A stretch of DNA of 64,000 nucleotides from an uncultured Chloroflexia bacterium (GTDB lineage Bacteria; Chloroflexota; Chloroflexia; QHBQ01; JADMIH01): the NCBI GenBank assembly GCA_963797095.1, contig CAWCNY010000002.1, forward strand, positions 64,001 to 128,000, read 5' to 3'. The notes under the pieces were generated by a model. That model had not been told where the DNA came from, did not search any database, and saw nothing but the letters and a program-made list of their open reading frames with translations. The position numbers were made by a program, and so were the translations under genes. Positions 50,649 to 60,930 of this stretch are shown in pieces. The stretch's first letter is position 1; each line of letters opens with the position of its first letter.

Positions 50649-52739
50649 TTAGTTGGCCGCGCAGCTATAGAGTTGGGAGGTGCCTGCTTGGCTGGAGTCC
50701 ACGGCGGTGCAGCTGGACTGTACCCAGCTACTTACCGACGATGTGCTGCCGCCCAGCATATCTCCTAACATGATGTACTTCACCTGCTTGTTTGCTATCA
50801 GCGATTGCAACTTCTCGACCGTCATGGCGGGATCGCTTCCTGTGAAGCCGCCCATCGCCAGCACCGGTTCGCCGGTTTCGAGGGCTATAGAGGACGCCTG
50901 GTTGGCGCTTGATACCGCCACGAGATAGAAGTAGCCGTCGTTGTTTTCCTCAAGGTAAGAGATCAGGCTGCTGTTGGCCGATTCGCCGCCCATCCCGGTC
51001 TGCCCCATCTGCGCGCCACCGTTACCGCCGAAGCCGCTGCCCAGGTTGCTTGGGCCTGCGGTCGGCATGGTGCCGTTGCCGGCGGCCTGCGTGGTGGTGG
51101 CTGACCACGCGAAGGGGGTGATAAGCAGGGCGAGCAAGGCCACCGTCACCAGGGCGGGCGAGACCCGCCTCCATATCCGTACCGTGAAGAGCCTGGTCGC
51201 CAGCAGAGGTACTACCACGACTACAGTGGCCGCCACTATCACGGGCACGAGCCATGCGTTCCACTGCTCGTATCCATAGTCGTTCAGCACCTTCACCTGC
51301 CAGACCGCCGTTGCTACCAGGGTCAGCGGGAGGAGCCATGCCGTCCATCTGCCGTTGCGGTATAGCTTCCAGAGGGATGCTATCCCTATGCCTGCGAGGG
51401 CGGCCACAGCAGGGGCGAGCATTATCAAGTAATATGTGTGGAAGATACCCTCGGCTATGCTGAATACCACCCCGTAGGTCGCCAGCCAGCCACCCCACAG
51501 CAAGAGCGCCTGCGCCTTAGGCTCCAGCGTCAATCGCCGCCTCAGTGTGAACAGAGTCGCAAGCCCGCCCAGCAGGGCCACGGGGAAGAGCCAGCTCCAT
51601 TGCGAGGCAAGCTCGCTGCCGAAGAGCCTGAGTGGGCCTGCTACGCCCGCCCCGAACATTCCGCTGCCGCTGTTACCCCCACCGAAGTTGCCGCCGAGGC
51701 CGCCCTGGTTGCCCGAAGAAGGCTGTGTGCCGGAAGGCACCCCGCTGCTATTGCTGCCGTCGCCTGGGAAGGTGAAATCGCCCTGCGCTTGTGTCCCACC
51801 GGTGGGAGGAGTAAAACCGCCCTGTGCGCGTGTGCCGTCGTCGCGAGGCTGGAAGGTACCTTGCCCCTGGGGCGCGCCGCCACCTCCGCCCATGCCGTTG
51901 CCTTCGTCACCTGTGACGCGGCCCAGACCGTTGTAGTTGAGGGCGAGATCAAGCACGCTGTTGGCCTGGCTGCCGCCGATCCAGGGCCTCTGGTCGGCGG
52001 GCGTGAGGTCTACCGCCACCGCCCACGAGAGCGATACGAACAGGAGCACTATGGTTGCCAACCCCAGGTGGATAAGCCGCTTCCACCACCGGGCAGGTGC
52101 GGCAACCATGTAGAGCAGGTAGAATGTGGGAAGCACTATGAAGGCAGCCAGCATCTTGGTGTTGAAGGCCACCCCCACCAGTGCTATGCTGAGCAAGAGC
52201 ATCGGGAGGCGTGCCTTTTCGGTGGCGAGGGTGATAGCCCAGGCTGCCAGCAGCAGGAAGAACATAAGCCATGTATCGGTGTTGTTCCCGCGCTCGACCG
52301 CCACCGCGACGGGTGTGATCGCCATCGCCAGGGCCGCCACGAAGGCGGCAAGGGTGCCGAATATACGCTTCACAAGGAAATAGACCAACCCCACGCACGC
52401 TACTCCTACCAGCGCTTCCGGCAGGAGGATGCTGAGGCTGCTGAAGCCGAATATCTTGGCGCTTATGGCCTGCATCCAGAGGGCCACGGGCGGCTTGTCC
52501 ACCGTAATGAACCCGCCCGCATCATAGGAGCCGAAGAAGAAGTTATGCCAGTTTTGGAGCATGCTCTGTACAGCTACGGAGTAGTAGATGTTGCTGTAGC
52601 CGTTTTGCGAAAGGTTCCAGAAGTTCAGAAGTGCCGAAAGCACAAGCGGGCACGCCAGGCTAAGCCAGGTGCTGACTTTGTGCCACGTCAGCCCGCCGAC
52701 GCGGACCACCGGCCTTATCGATTCTCTGGTTGCTATCAT
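50649..52739 (-). CDS. GT39/ArnT-family membrane glycosyltransferase (YkcB-like)
   Basis: YYSVAVQSM..WHNFFF.SYD.GGFITVDKPP, FNTKML, YNGLGR, FHTYY and MGGFTGSDP motifs; Gly-rich loops. Confidence 0.9.
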   Translation of the reverse strand: MIATRESIRPVVRVGGLTWHKVSTWLSLACPLVLSALLNFWNLSQNGYSNIYYSVAVQSMLQNWHNFFFGSYDAGGFITVDKPPVALWMQAISAKIFGFSSLSILLPEALVGVACVGLVYFLVKRIFGTLAAFVAALAMAITPVAVAVERGNNTDTWLMFFLLLAAWAITLATEKARLPMLLLSIALVGVAFNTKMLAAFIVLPTFYLLYMVAAPARWWKRLIHLGLATIVLLFVSLSWAVAVDLTPADQRPWIGGSQANSVLDLALNYNGLGRVTGDEGNGMGGGGGAPQGQGTFQPRDDGTRAQGGFTPPTGGTQAQGDFTFPGDGSNSSGVPSGTQPSSGNQGGLGGNFGGGNSGSGMFGAGVAGPLRLFGSELASQWSWLFPVALLGGLATLFTLRRRLTLEPKAQALLLWGGWLATYGVVFSIAEGIFHTYYLIMLAPAVAALAGIGIASLWKLYRNGRWTAWLLPLTLVATAVWQVKVLNDYGYEQWNAWLVPVIVAATVVVVVPLLATRLFTVRIWRRVSPALVTVALLALLITPFAWSATTTQAAGNGTMPTAGPSNLGSGFGGNGGAQMGQTGMGGESANSSLISYLEENNDGYFYLVAVSSANQASSIALETGEPVLAMGGFTGSDPAMTVEKLQSLIANKQVKYIMLGDMLGGSTSSVSSWVQSSCTAVDSSQAGTSQLYSCAAN

Positions 52740-53092
52740 CGTAATGTCTCCCTCGTTTCTGTTTTGTTTCTGTGCTGCGCTTTTGTAACAGAAGCGCCAT
52801 GTCTTTATGAGCCTTCTAATATTGCTTTTTGATTGATCTGTAGGAGTTGCCTCCCACTAACAGTGTAGTGCGCCAGCCTTAAGAAGCGCCTATAGAAAAA
52901 TGAGGAAATGGTGAAGAGAGGGGGACGTGAGGTAGTGCGTACTGCGTATTGCGTATTCACTCGCTACCGGTTACCGGTTGCCTGAGTAGGACCGTGCGGC
53001 TATACTAATACGGCCCGGTATGTGCTTTGCTGGGGCAAAGGGGACGGGCAACCATCCCAAATGAAGGGACGTGACGAGTGCCAAGAAAATAA

Positions 53093-53151
53093 GCAGTACG
53101 CAGTACGCAGTACGCAGTACGCAGTACGCAGTACGCAATACGCAATACGCA
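53093..53151. repeat. Heptamer tandem repeat (GCAGTAC/GCAATAC) x about 8
   Basis: Upstream of the treS RBS; a complementary short tract lies at about 52935-52957. Confidence 0.92.
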
Positions 53152-53196
53152 CTACTTCACGTTTCATGTATGAGTTCATTTTGTAGGAGGCTATGT

Positions 53197-54831
53197 ATGG
53201 GCGGTAGCGATTGGTACAAAGATGCGATCATCTACGAGCTGCATATCAAAGCGTTCTTCGACGGAAACAATGACGGGTACGGAGATTTCGTGGGGCTTAC
53301 CCAGAAGCTCGATTATTTGCAAGATCTCGGCGTGGATTGCATCTGGTTGCTACCCTTCTACGAGTTGCCCCTGCGTGACGATGGCTACGACATATCCGAC
53401 TACTACAAAGTCCACCCGAACTACGGCACCGTGGCCGACTTCAAGTCGTTCATGAAGGCTGCCCATAAGAGGGGCATACGCGTGCTGGCCGACCTTGTGC
53501 TCAACCATACCTCCGACAGGCATTCGTGGTTTCAAACGGCCAGGGCTTCTACCGACCCCAAGCTGCGCAACTTCTATGTGTGGAGCGACGACCCCAATAA
53601 GTACAGCGGCACGCGCATCATCTTCACCGACACCGAGCACTCGAACTGGACGTGGGACGACACCGCCAGGCACTATTACTGGCACCGCTTCTTCAGCCAC
53701 CAGCCCGACCTCAATTTCGACAATCCCGCAGTGCGGCGTGAGATGTTACGCGTGATGCGGTTCTGGCTCGATATGGGCCTCGATGGCTTCAGGTGCGATG
53801 CTGTGCCCTATCTCTTTGAGCGCGAAGGCACTAACTGCGAGAACCTGCCGGAGACCCACCAGTACCTGAAGGAGATCAGGCGCGTCGTGGATGAGCGTTA
53901 CGGGGACAAAGTGCTGCTGGCCGAGGCCAACCAGTGGCCCGAAGACCTGCTTCCCTATTTCGGCAACGGCGACGAGTTCCACATGGCCTTCAACTTCCCT
54001 CTGATGCCACGGATCTTTATGGCTATGAGGCGGGAGGATCGCCGCCCGATCATCGACATAATCGACCGCCTGCCCAAAATACCCGAATCGTGCCAGTGGG
54101 GTATTTTCCTGCGCAACCACGATGAATTGACCCTGGAGATGGTGACCGATGAAGAGCGCGACTATATGTACGGCGAATACGCCAAGGATTCGCGCATGAA
54201 GATCAACGTCGGCATCAGGCGTCGCCTCGCTCCCCTTATTGATAATGGGCGCAGGCAGATGGAGCTTTTGAACGCTCTGCTGTTCAGCCTACCCGGCACC
54301 CCCATCCTCTACTATGGCGACGAGATCGGTATGGGCGACAATATTTACCTGGGCGACCGCGATGGCGTGCGCACACCCATGCAGTGGACAAGCGACAGGA
54401 ACGCCGGGTTCTCGCGGGTCGATGCGGCCCGTCTTTACAGCGCCCCCATCACCGACCCGGTGTACGGCTACGGGGCTGTCAACGTGGAGGCGCAGCTTCG
54501 GACGCAGACCAGCCTGCTCAACTGGATGAAGCGCATGATCAGGGTTCGGAAGCAGTATCCCGCCTTCAGCAGGGGCGATATCACCTTCCTCAACCCCACC
54601 AACCCCAAGGTGCTGGCCTACATTCGCTCCTACGATGGCATGAGCATCCTGTGCGTGAACAACCTATCTCGGTTCGTGCAGCCTTGTGAAATGGACCTTT
54701 CTGCGTATAATGGTACTGTGCCGGTGGAGTTGCTGGGGAATACACCTTTCCCAAGGATAGGCGAACTGCCTTATTTCGCGACCCTGGCGCCTCACGGTTT
54801 CTACTGGTTTCGCCTGGAGAGAGGCTGGTAA
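53197..54831 (+). CDS. treS: Trehalose synthase (maltose alpha-D-glucosyltransferase, GH13)
   Basis: [34 protein letters not shown] and [13 protein letters not shown] motifs; AGGAGG RBS. Confidence 0.95.
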   Translation: MGGSDWYKDAIIYELHIKAFFDGNNDGYGDFVGLTQKLDYLQDLGVDCIWLLPFYELPLRDDGYDISDYYKVHPNYGTVADFKSFMKAAHKRGIRVLADLVLNHTSDRHSWFQTARASTDPKLRNFYVWSDDPNKYSGTRIIFTDTEHSNWTWDDTARHYYWHRFFSHQPDLNFDNPAVRREMLRVMRFWLDMGLDGFRCDAVPYLFEREGTNCENLPETHQYLKEIRRVVDERYGDKVLLAEANQWPEDLLPYFGNGDEFHMAFNFPLMPRIFMAMRREDRRPIIDIIDRLPKIPESCQWGIFLRNHDELTLEMVTDEERDYMYGEYAKDSRMKINVGIRRRLAPLIDNGRRQMELLNALLFSLPGTPILYYGDEIGMGDNIYLGDRDGVRTPMQWTSDRNAGFSRVDAARLYSAPITDPVYGYGAVNVEAQLRTQTSLLNWMKRMIRVRKQYPAFSRGDITFLNPTNPKVLAYIRSYDGMSILCVNNLSRFVQPCEMDLSAYNGTVPVELLGNTPFPRIGELPYFATLAPHGFYWFRLERGW

Positions 54832-55168
54832 CTTACAGCATTCGTGTGGTGATACGTAGGCCTCTGCCGCGTTTTCCACTGCTTCTCCGCAGAAACTAAT
54901 CCCGCCCTACAACGTTGTCAGATGGGCTGGTGCGGTGCCATACCCCACAGGTTGCGCTGGCATAGAACTTGCCGCTCCTGAAGCGTAATCAGAAGAGGAT
55001 AGGGAGTGAAATGTGATGCGTGCTGCGTGATTGTTGCGTACTACGCACTTCTTATTCACTCGTCACTCGTCACTCGTTACACATCGTCCATCACCCGCTG
55101 TCCATCGCCTTCGCGTCTTGCGTTTCAAACATGGGCGGGTTAGAGGACGGCTAGAATCGAGGCTTATT

Positions 55169-57487
55169 ATGTCTGAGCAGCTCCCCAGAGCGCAGAGAAT
55201 GCTCATTGTATCGAACAGGCTGCCGGTAACGGTTGTAGAGAAGGATGGCGGCCTGGAATTCTTCGCCAGTTCGGGCGGACTTGTGTCAGGGTTGACAGCC
55301 TACCTGGGCCGCGAACCAGGCACTGGAGATGAAGGGCGAAGGGCGAAGGGCGAAGGGCGAAGGGCGGTACACAATAATCACTCGCCACTCGCCACCCGCC
55401 ACCCCGATTCGTATCTGTGGGTCGGATGGCCCGGCTCTACAGTGGCCGAGCGCAATCAAGCGTGGTTGACGGACGACATAGCTCGCCTCAACTGCCACCC
55501 GGTCTTTATCTCCGAGGAGGAGATGGACAAGTTCTATTATGGGTTCTGCAACAGCACAATCTGGCCGCTGTTCCACTATTTCCCGATGTTCACGCACTAT
55601 GAAGAGGCTGAGTGGCAGGTCTACAAGCAGGTCAACGCGCGCTTTGCCGATGCCGTGCTGGAGGTAATACAGCCCGGCGATATCGTGTGGGTACACGATT
55701 ACCACCTCATGCTTCTTCCTGCCTTGATACGCAGCCGCATACCTGATGCCGAGATCGGGTTCTTCCTGCATATACCCTTCCCAGGCTACGAGATCTTCCG
55801 GTTGATGCCCAGGCAGTGGTGCCAGGAGATACTTGAAGGGTTGCTGGGGGCTGACCTGGTCGGTTTCCATACGCATGACTACACGCAATACTTCCTGCGC
55901 TCGGTGCTGCGTATGCTTGGTTACGAGCATACTATGGGCACTATCGTGGTGGGCGACCGCTTTATGAAGGCCGATACGTTCCCTATGGGTATAGATTTCG
56001 AGAAGTTCCACAATGCTCCCAGCACACCTGAGGTGCAGATAGAGATCGCCAGGCTGCGTGAGGTGCTGCCCGACAGCAAGATAATTCTCTCAATCGACCG
56101 CCTGGACTACACGAAAGGGATAATCAACCGCCTGCGCGGTTATGAGCTTTTCCTGAGGCAGAACCCTCAGTGGCACCGCAAAGCAGTGCTGACCCTGGTG
56201 GTGATCCCGTCGCGAGTAGGCGTGGGTGAGTACAGAGAGACCCGTGAAGGGATAGAAGAACTGGTGGGCCACATCAACGGCCAGTATGCCACCCTCGATT
56301 GGGTGCCTGTTCGATACCAGTACACCTCGCTGCCATTCGAGCAACTCGTGGCCCTGTACAACACCAGTCACGTGGGGATGGTGACGCCACTGCGCGACGG
56401 GATGAACCTCATCGCCAAGGAGTATATCGCGGCCAGTGGGAGAAATAACGGCGTGCTCATATTGAGCGAGATGGCCGGGGCCGCCAAAGAGTTGGGCGAG
56501 GCAATACAGATCAATCCCAATAGTAGAGAGGAGATAGCAGCCGCCCTGCTGCAAGCCCTGGAAATGCCACTGGAAGAGCAGAGGCGTCGAAACCTGGCGA
56601 TGCAGAAGCGCCTGCGACGTTACAACGTCGTTTCCTGGGCTGCCGACTTCGTGCGCGAGCTTGAGAATACCTGCGCAGAGCGTGATCTACTTAAATCGAA
56701 ATTGCTGGACGAGCACGAAAGCGCGCAATTGGTCTCCGATTACAGGATGGCAAAGAGGCGTCTGCTGTTGCTTGATTACGACGGCACGTTGATGGCTTTC
56801 TCGCCCGACCCACAGGAGGTACGCCCATCACAGCAGGTGATCGATTTGCTTGTGAGGTTGTGTGCCGACCCGTTGAACGATGTGGTAATCATCAGTGGGC
56901 GCGACCGGTCCACCCTCGACTCGTGGTTGGGGGCCTTGCCGGTCGGCTTGATCGCCGAGCATGGGGTGTGGGTGCGATATATGGACGATGATTGGGCGAT
57001 GACACAGCCTCTCAGCAGCGATTGGAAGATGAATATCCTCCCAGTCCTAGAGCTATCTGCGGATAGGTTGCCCGGCGCGTTCGTGGAGGAGAAAGATTAT
57101 TCGCTCGTTTGGCACTACAGGGCCGCTGACCCGGAACTTGGGTTACTGAGGTCGCAAGAATTGCTGGACCACCTGGTGAATTTCACGGCCAATATAGATG
57201 TGCAAGTGTTGCAGGGCCACAAGGTGATCGAGGTGAAAACGGGCGGGGTGAACAAGGGCACGTCGGGGCTTCTCTGGTTGGCGCGCGACGAGTACGATTT
57301 CGTGCTGGCTGTAGGCGACGACTGGACCGACGAATACCTCTTTGCTGCTCTGCCTAAGAGCGCATATACGGTGAGGGTGGGCCTTGCGGAGTTGCAGGCC
57401 CGCTTCGACCTTCCGGGGCCGGGCGATGTATTGTCTCTACTGGGCCGCCTGGCCGAGGAGTCGCCGTCGGTAGTCGGTAGTCGGTAG
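55169..57487 (+). CDS. otsA: Bifunctional trehalose-6-phosphate synthase/phosphatase (OtsA-OtsB fusion)
   Basis: VSNRLP, WVHDYHL, FLHIPFP, DRLDYTKG and RDGMNL motifs, then the HAD motifs DYDGTL and GDDWTDE. Confidence 0.93.
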   Translation: MSEQLPRAQRMLIVSNRLPVTVVEKDGGLEFFASSGGLVSGLTAYLGREPGTGDEGRRAKGEGRRAVHNNHSPLATRHPDSYLWVGWPGSTVAERNQAWLTDDIARLNCHPVFISEEEMDKFYYGFCNSTIWPLFHYFPMFTHYEEAEWQVYKQVNARFADAVLEVIQPGDIVWVHDYHLMLLPALIRSRIPDAEIGFFLHIPFPGYEIFRLMPRQWCQEILEGLLGADLVGFHTHDYTQYFLRSVLRMLGYEHTMGTIVVGDRFMKADTFPMGIDFEKFHNAPSTPEVQIEIARLREVLPDSKIILSIDRLDYTKGIINRLRGYELFLRQNPQWHRKAVLTLVVIPSRVGVGEYRETREGIEELVGHINGQYATLDWVPVRYQYTSLPFEQLVALYNTSHVGMVTPLRDGMNLIAKEYIAASGRNNGVLILSEMAGAAKELGEAIQINPNSREEIAAALLQALEMPLEEQRRRNLAMQKRLRRYNVVSWAADFVRELENTCAERDLLKSKLLDEHESAQLVSDYRMAKRRLLLLDYDGTLMAFSPDPQEVRPSQQVIDLLVRLCADPLNDVVIISGRDRSTLDSWLGALPVGLIAEHGVWVRYMDDDWAMTQPLSSDWKMNILPVLELSADRLPGAFVEEKDYSLVWHYRAADPELGLLRSQELLDHLVNFTANIDVQVLQGHKVIEVKTGGVNKGTSGLLWLARDEYDFVLAVGDDWTDEYLFAALPKSAYTVRVGLAELQARFDLPGPGDVLSLLGRLAEESPSVVGSR

Positions 57488-57517
57488 TCGGTAGTCGGTA
57501 GTCGGTAGTCGGTAGTC
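57468..57517. repeat. Heptamer tandem repeat (CGGTAGT)x7 overlapping the otsAB stop
   Basis: The TAG stop at 57485-57487 is part of the repeat. Confidence 0.93.
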
Positions 57518-57628
57518 CAGAAGTTCCTAGTTCCTAGTACTGGTTTGGGGTGCGAAATGACAAGATGAGCCTTGGTGAGTTAGGATTAAGTTGCCCATGA
57601 TCCAAAACTCAACCGGAGGCTCAATAAC

Positions 57629-59265
57629 GTGATAATCGAACGATATGACCCTGTAAACCTCTTTGAACTGGTGCCCAAGTTGCAATTGGAGATGGAACCG
57701 GAGCTAGCTGAGTTGGACCAGTTGCTAAAAGACGATGAGATCTTCGAGCAGGTCAAGGCTGACCTGGCTAAGCGTTATCCTCACACCCTGGTTAGGGGGC
57801 GTCACTCCACCCCAGTTGAGGTGATCCTGCGTATGCTCATCGTTCGCCGCCTGTACGATTGGAGCTACGAACAAACCGAACACTTCGTCTCGGATAGCCT
57901 GGTCTTACGCCAGTTCTGCCGCCTCTATCTCCAGCCCGTCCCCGACGATACCACTCTCATCCGATGGGCCAACCTTGTCGGTCCGGATACTCTTGCCAGG
58001 GTCAACGATCGAGTAGTGGAGTTGGCCACTCAACTCAAGGTGACTAGGGGGCGCAAACTGCGCGTGGACAGCACCGTTGTGCAGACCAATATCCATTATC
58101 CAACAGACAGCGCCATTGTTGGTGATGGAGTTCGTGTGCTCAGTCGGCTGTTGCACAAAGCCAAAACCGTGCTGGGAGAAAAGCTGGGAGAAGTGGGAGA
58201 AGGGACGACCATAGGGACGACCATCCTGAAGGGCGGCCTGAAAGGGGCATTTCGCAGCCGTACCCGCTCGGTCCGGCGTATCGCTCAACAACTTCATCGG
58301 GTGGCCCGCCGCAAAGGGGAAGAGGCTGCCGAGCAACTCAAGGCAGCCTATGCCAGGCTGCTGGGTATCGCCCAGGCCACTGCCAAGCAGGCGAATCAAG
58401 TGCACGATGCTCTCGCCACCCTCGCCGACACCTTCTCCAGGGCCAAGCTTACCGAGCACTCTGCAACCCGGGCACGGCAGGGGCAGGTAAGGCGCATCAT
58501 CGAGCAGTTGGAGCACTTTCTGCCTCTGGTGGGCAGGCGATAGAGCAGGCTCGACGCCGAGTGCTGCAGGGCGAACCTGTTCGAAGTGGCGAGAAGTTGC
58601 TCTCTCTGTTTGAACTATCATAAGCCGTATCAGGGTTATCCTTAATAGCGGTTCGAAGTGGCGAGAAGTTGCGCTCTCTGTTTGAACCGCACACCCAGGT
58701 CATCCAGCGTCACAAGGCAGGCAAGCCAACCGAATTCGGACGCAAAGTGTGGTTGGGGGAAGTTGAGGGAGGGATCATCAGCGAGTATCGATTGATGGAC
58801 GAGGGCGGGGGCTTGGACCTGATGGAACTGCCGAGAAGCTTAGCCACACATCAAGAGCGTTTCGGGCACCCACCGGACATGCTGGCTGGAGATCGTGGCA
58901 CCTATTCGAGGGCGAACGAGGCGTTGGCACGCCAACTGGGGGTGAAGCGGATTGTGTTGCCACACACTGGGCGAGTGAGCAAGGAGAGACAGGCACTGGA
59001 ACATCAGCGCTGGTTCAGATGCGGGTTCCGGTTCCGAGCGGGGATCGAAGGGCGGATTCGGGTGCTGAAGAGGGATTACGGGCTGGAGACAGGTCGGGAT
59101 CACGAGGAGGAGGGGATGTGGCGAAGGGTAGGGTGGGGTATTGTGACAGCGAACCTGGGGAAGATCGCTGATACACAGATAGCACGGGCAGCACAACGCA
59201 GGGCTGGAGCCAGGGTCGGAGCCAGGACCAGGGCTGGGATAGCGGTGAGGAAGCAAGCGGCGTGA
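57629..59265 (+). pseudogene. DDE transposase (ISNCY/IS5-like), broken by a 1-nt deletion near 58532 and a 72-bp insertion
   Basis: RVDSTVVQTNIHYPTDS, SLFEPHT, KPTEFGRKV, GDRG and FRAGIEGRI..LKR motifs spread across frames. Confidence 0.88.
58579..58687. CRISPR. Single repeat-spacer-repeat unit (37/35/37 bp) inside the transposase; candidate ectopic spacer integration
   Basis: GTTCGAAGTGGCGAGAAGTTGC(T/G)CTCTCTGTTTGAAC at 58579-58615 and 58651-58687 flanks TATCATAAGCCGTATCAGGGTTATCCTTAATAGCG. The structure is certain; the CRISPR origin is inferred, and no cas genes are in the window. Confidence 0.5.
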
Positions 59266-59608
59266 ACCAGATTAGGTGGCGATGTGCCAAGTGCCAACCT
59301 ACGACACCCAGAAACACGATGGTGCGAAATATCAGTCTTGATGGCAGTGTCACGTGCTGCTCCGGGCCTTGCGACCGCATTTCGCACCACAAACTAGTAC
59401 TACAGCCGCAGTTAATCAGTTGTAATAGTCTGAACTCGATCTTGCAAAGAGCAATGTCCGATCTTGACTTGCCTGTCCGATAACCCCTGATTACCCTGAC
59501 ATTGTCTGGCTGGTCAAATCCTGGCTGCAGCACTGTTTGCCTTGTTTACCTTCAGTCACTTGGACTCGGTCATTCGCCAGCGATATCACCCTTGAACAAG
59601 GATAACGG

Positions 59609-60625
59609 TCACGAATCCGTCACCCTCAAGACAATCTTGCCTCGCGTGTGTCCTTTTGCTGCTTGCTCATAGGCCTGGCGCGCCTGGGCAAGGGGGAACA
59701 CCGTGTCGATGATGGGCCGGAGGTGTCCCGCATCAATCAATTCGCCAATTTGGATCAGTTCATCGCGGTTGGGTCCGACTATAAAATAGACAAAGCGCAC
59801 GTCGTGTCCCCCACCTCCCTCACGTCCCCCGCCTCCCTTTGCCTTTGACATAGCAGCTTGCGCAGCGGCGGGAGGCGAGGGACTGACGATGGAAACAAGT
59901 ACTCCTCCGGGTTTGATCACCTGCCAGGAGCGCTGCAAGGTGTCGCCGCCAACCGTATCGAAGACCACATCAACACTGTGGACCACCTCCTCGAAGCGCG
60001 TGGTTGTGTAGTCGATGATCTCGTTGGCCCCCACCCCCAGTTCGCGCAGGAAGTCGCGATTGCGGGCCGAGGCGGTCGTGATGACCTGCGCCCCCGCCCA
60101 ATGAGCAAGTTGGACAGCAAAGACGCCAACGCCCCCTGCCCCTCCATGGATCAGGACTGTTTGCCCCGCAGCGAGGTGCGCGTGGTCAAAGAGGGCCTGC
60201 CAGGCTGTCAACGCTGAGAGCGGTACGGCTGCAGCCTGCACGTGGTCGAGCGTGCTTGGCTTGGGAACCAGCTCGTTGGGGAGGGCGACGGTATAGTCGG
60301 CCTGGGCGCCGTCGCGACCATAGTCGAGCATGGCATAGACCTCTGAGCCTTTGATGAGCGTCGTGACCCCGGACATCCCAGGGATTTCGGGCACGCCAGG
60401 ACCGACCTCGGCAACAACTCCTGAGAGATCGCGCCCGGGAATCGGCAGTGTGAGTGGGCTTCCCCCTTTGGTCTGGTAGGTCTCGTCCCATTTTAGCTCG
60501 TTGGCAATGATCCCTGCCGCGTAGACACGCACAAGCACTTCTCCGGGACCTGGACTTGGTTGCGGCGCGTCTTCATAGACCAAGTGATCTGGACCGCCAC
60601 GGCCATGGATATGAATTGCTTTCAT
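59609..60625 (-). CDS. NADP-dependent oxidoreductase (MDR/quinone reductase-like)
   Basis: IPGRDLSGVV, AAAVPLSALTAWQAL, VLIHGGAGGVG and RGKIVL motifs; GGGAG RBS. Confidence 0.9.
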   Translation of the reverse strand: MKAIHIHGRGGPDHLVYEDAPQPSPGPGEVLVRVYAAGIIANELKWDETYQTKGGSPLTLPIPGRDLSGVVAEVGPGVPEIPGMSGVTTLIKGSEVYAMLDYGRDGAQADYTVALPNELVPKPSTLDHVQAAAVPLSALTAWQALFDHAHLAAGQTVLIHGGAGGVGVFAVQLAHWAGAQVITTASARNRDFLRELGVGANEIIDYTTTRFEEVVHSVDVVFDTVGGDTLQRSWQVIKPGGVLVSIVSPSPPAAAQAAMSKAKGGGGREGGGGHDVRFVYFIVGPNRDELIQIGELIDAGHLRPIIDTVFPLAQARQAYEQAAKGHTRGKIVLRVTDS

Positions 60626-60787
60626 TTGCTTGCTCTCCCTGGCTTGTGCACATTGTGCACACTTCGAGAGGTGGGTCATAATGCTGCAAGGCCCAGTTCC
60701 CTACCTCTCCAACCTCTACTCCTGCAATATCTGTCATAGATCTTCAAATTCCTCCTTCTTTGAAGATCTACTCTAACATATCTAACT

Positions 60788-60930
60788 GAGGCATGGTCAT
60801 AAATCCAAATCTGTCTATTACCCCACGCTTGGGATGTGGCCTTAATGTCACAAAATGCCGCCAAAATGGGCTGTTTCCAGATGAAGTTGCTCTCCTTCTA
60901 CGCACGGAAAATGAATTATGACCATGCCTC
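60788..60930 (+). mobile_element. MITE, 143 bp (subfamily 2)
   Basis: IR GAGGCATGGTCATAA; TSD ATCTAACT at 60780-60787 and 60931-60938; two substitutions relative to 50369-50511. Confidence 0.93.

Larger units (their letters stand above)
57535..59402 (+). mobile_element. ISNCY/IS5-like insertion sequence (about 1.86 kb), defective
   Basis: Ends TAGTACTGGTTTGGGGTGCGAAATG and TAGTACTAGTTTGTGGTGCGAAATG (reverse complement). The exact IR/target boundary is ambiguous because AGTACT is palindromic. Confidence 0.85.
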
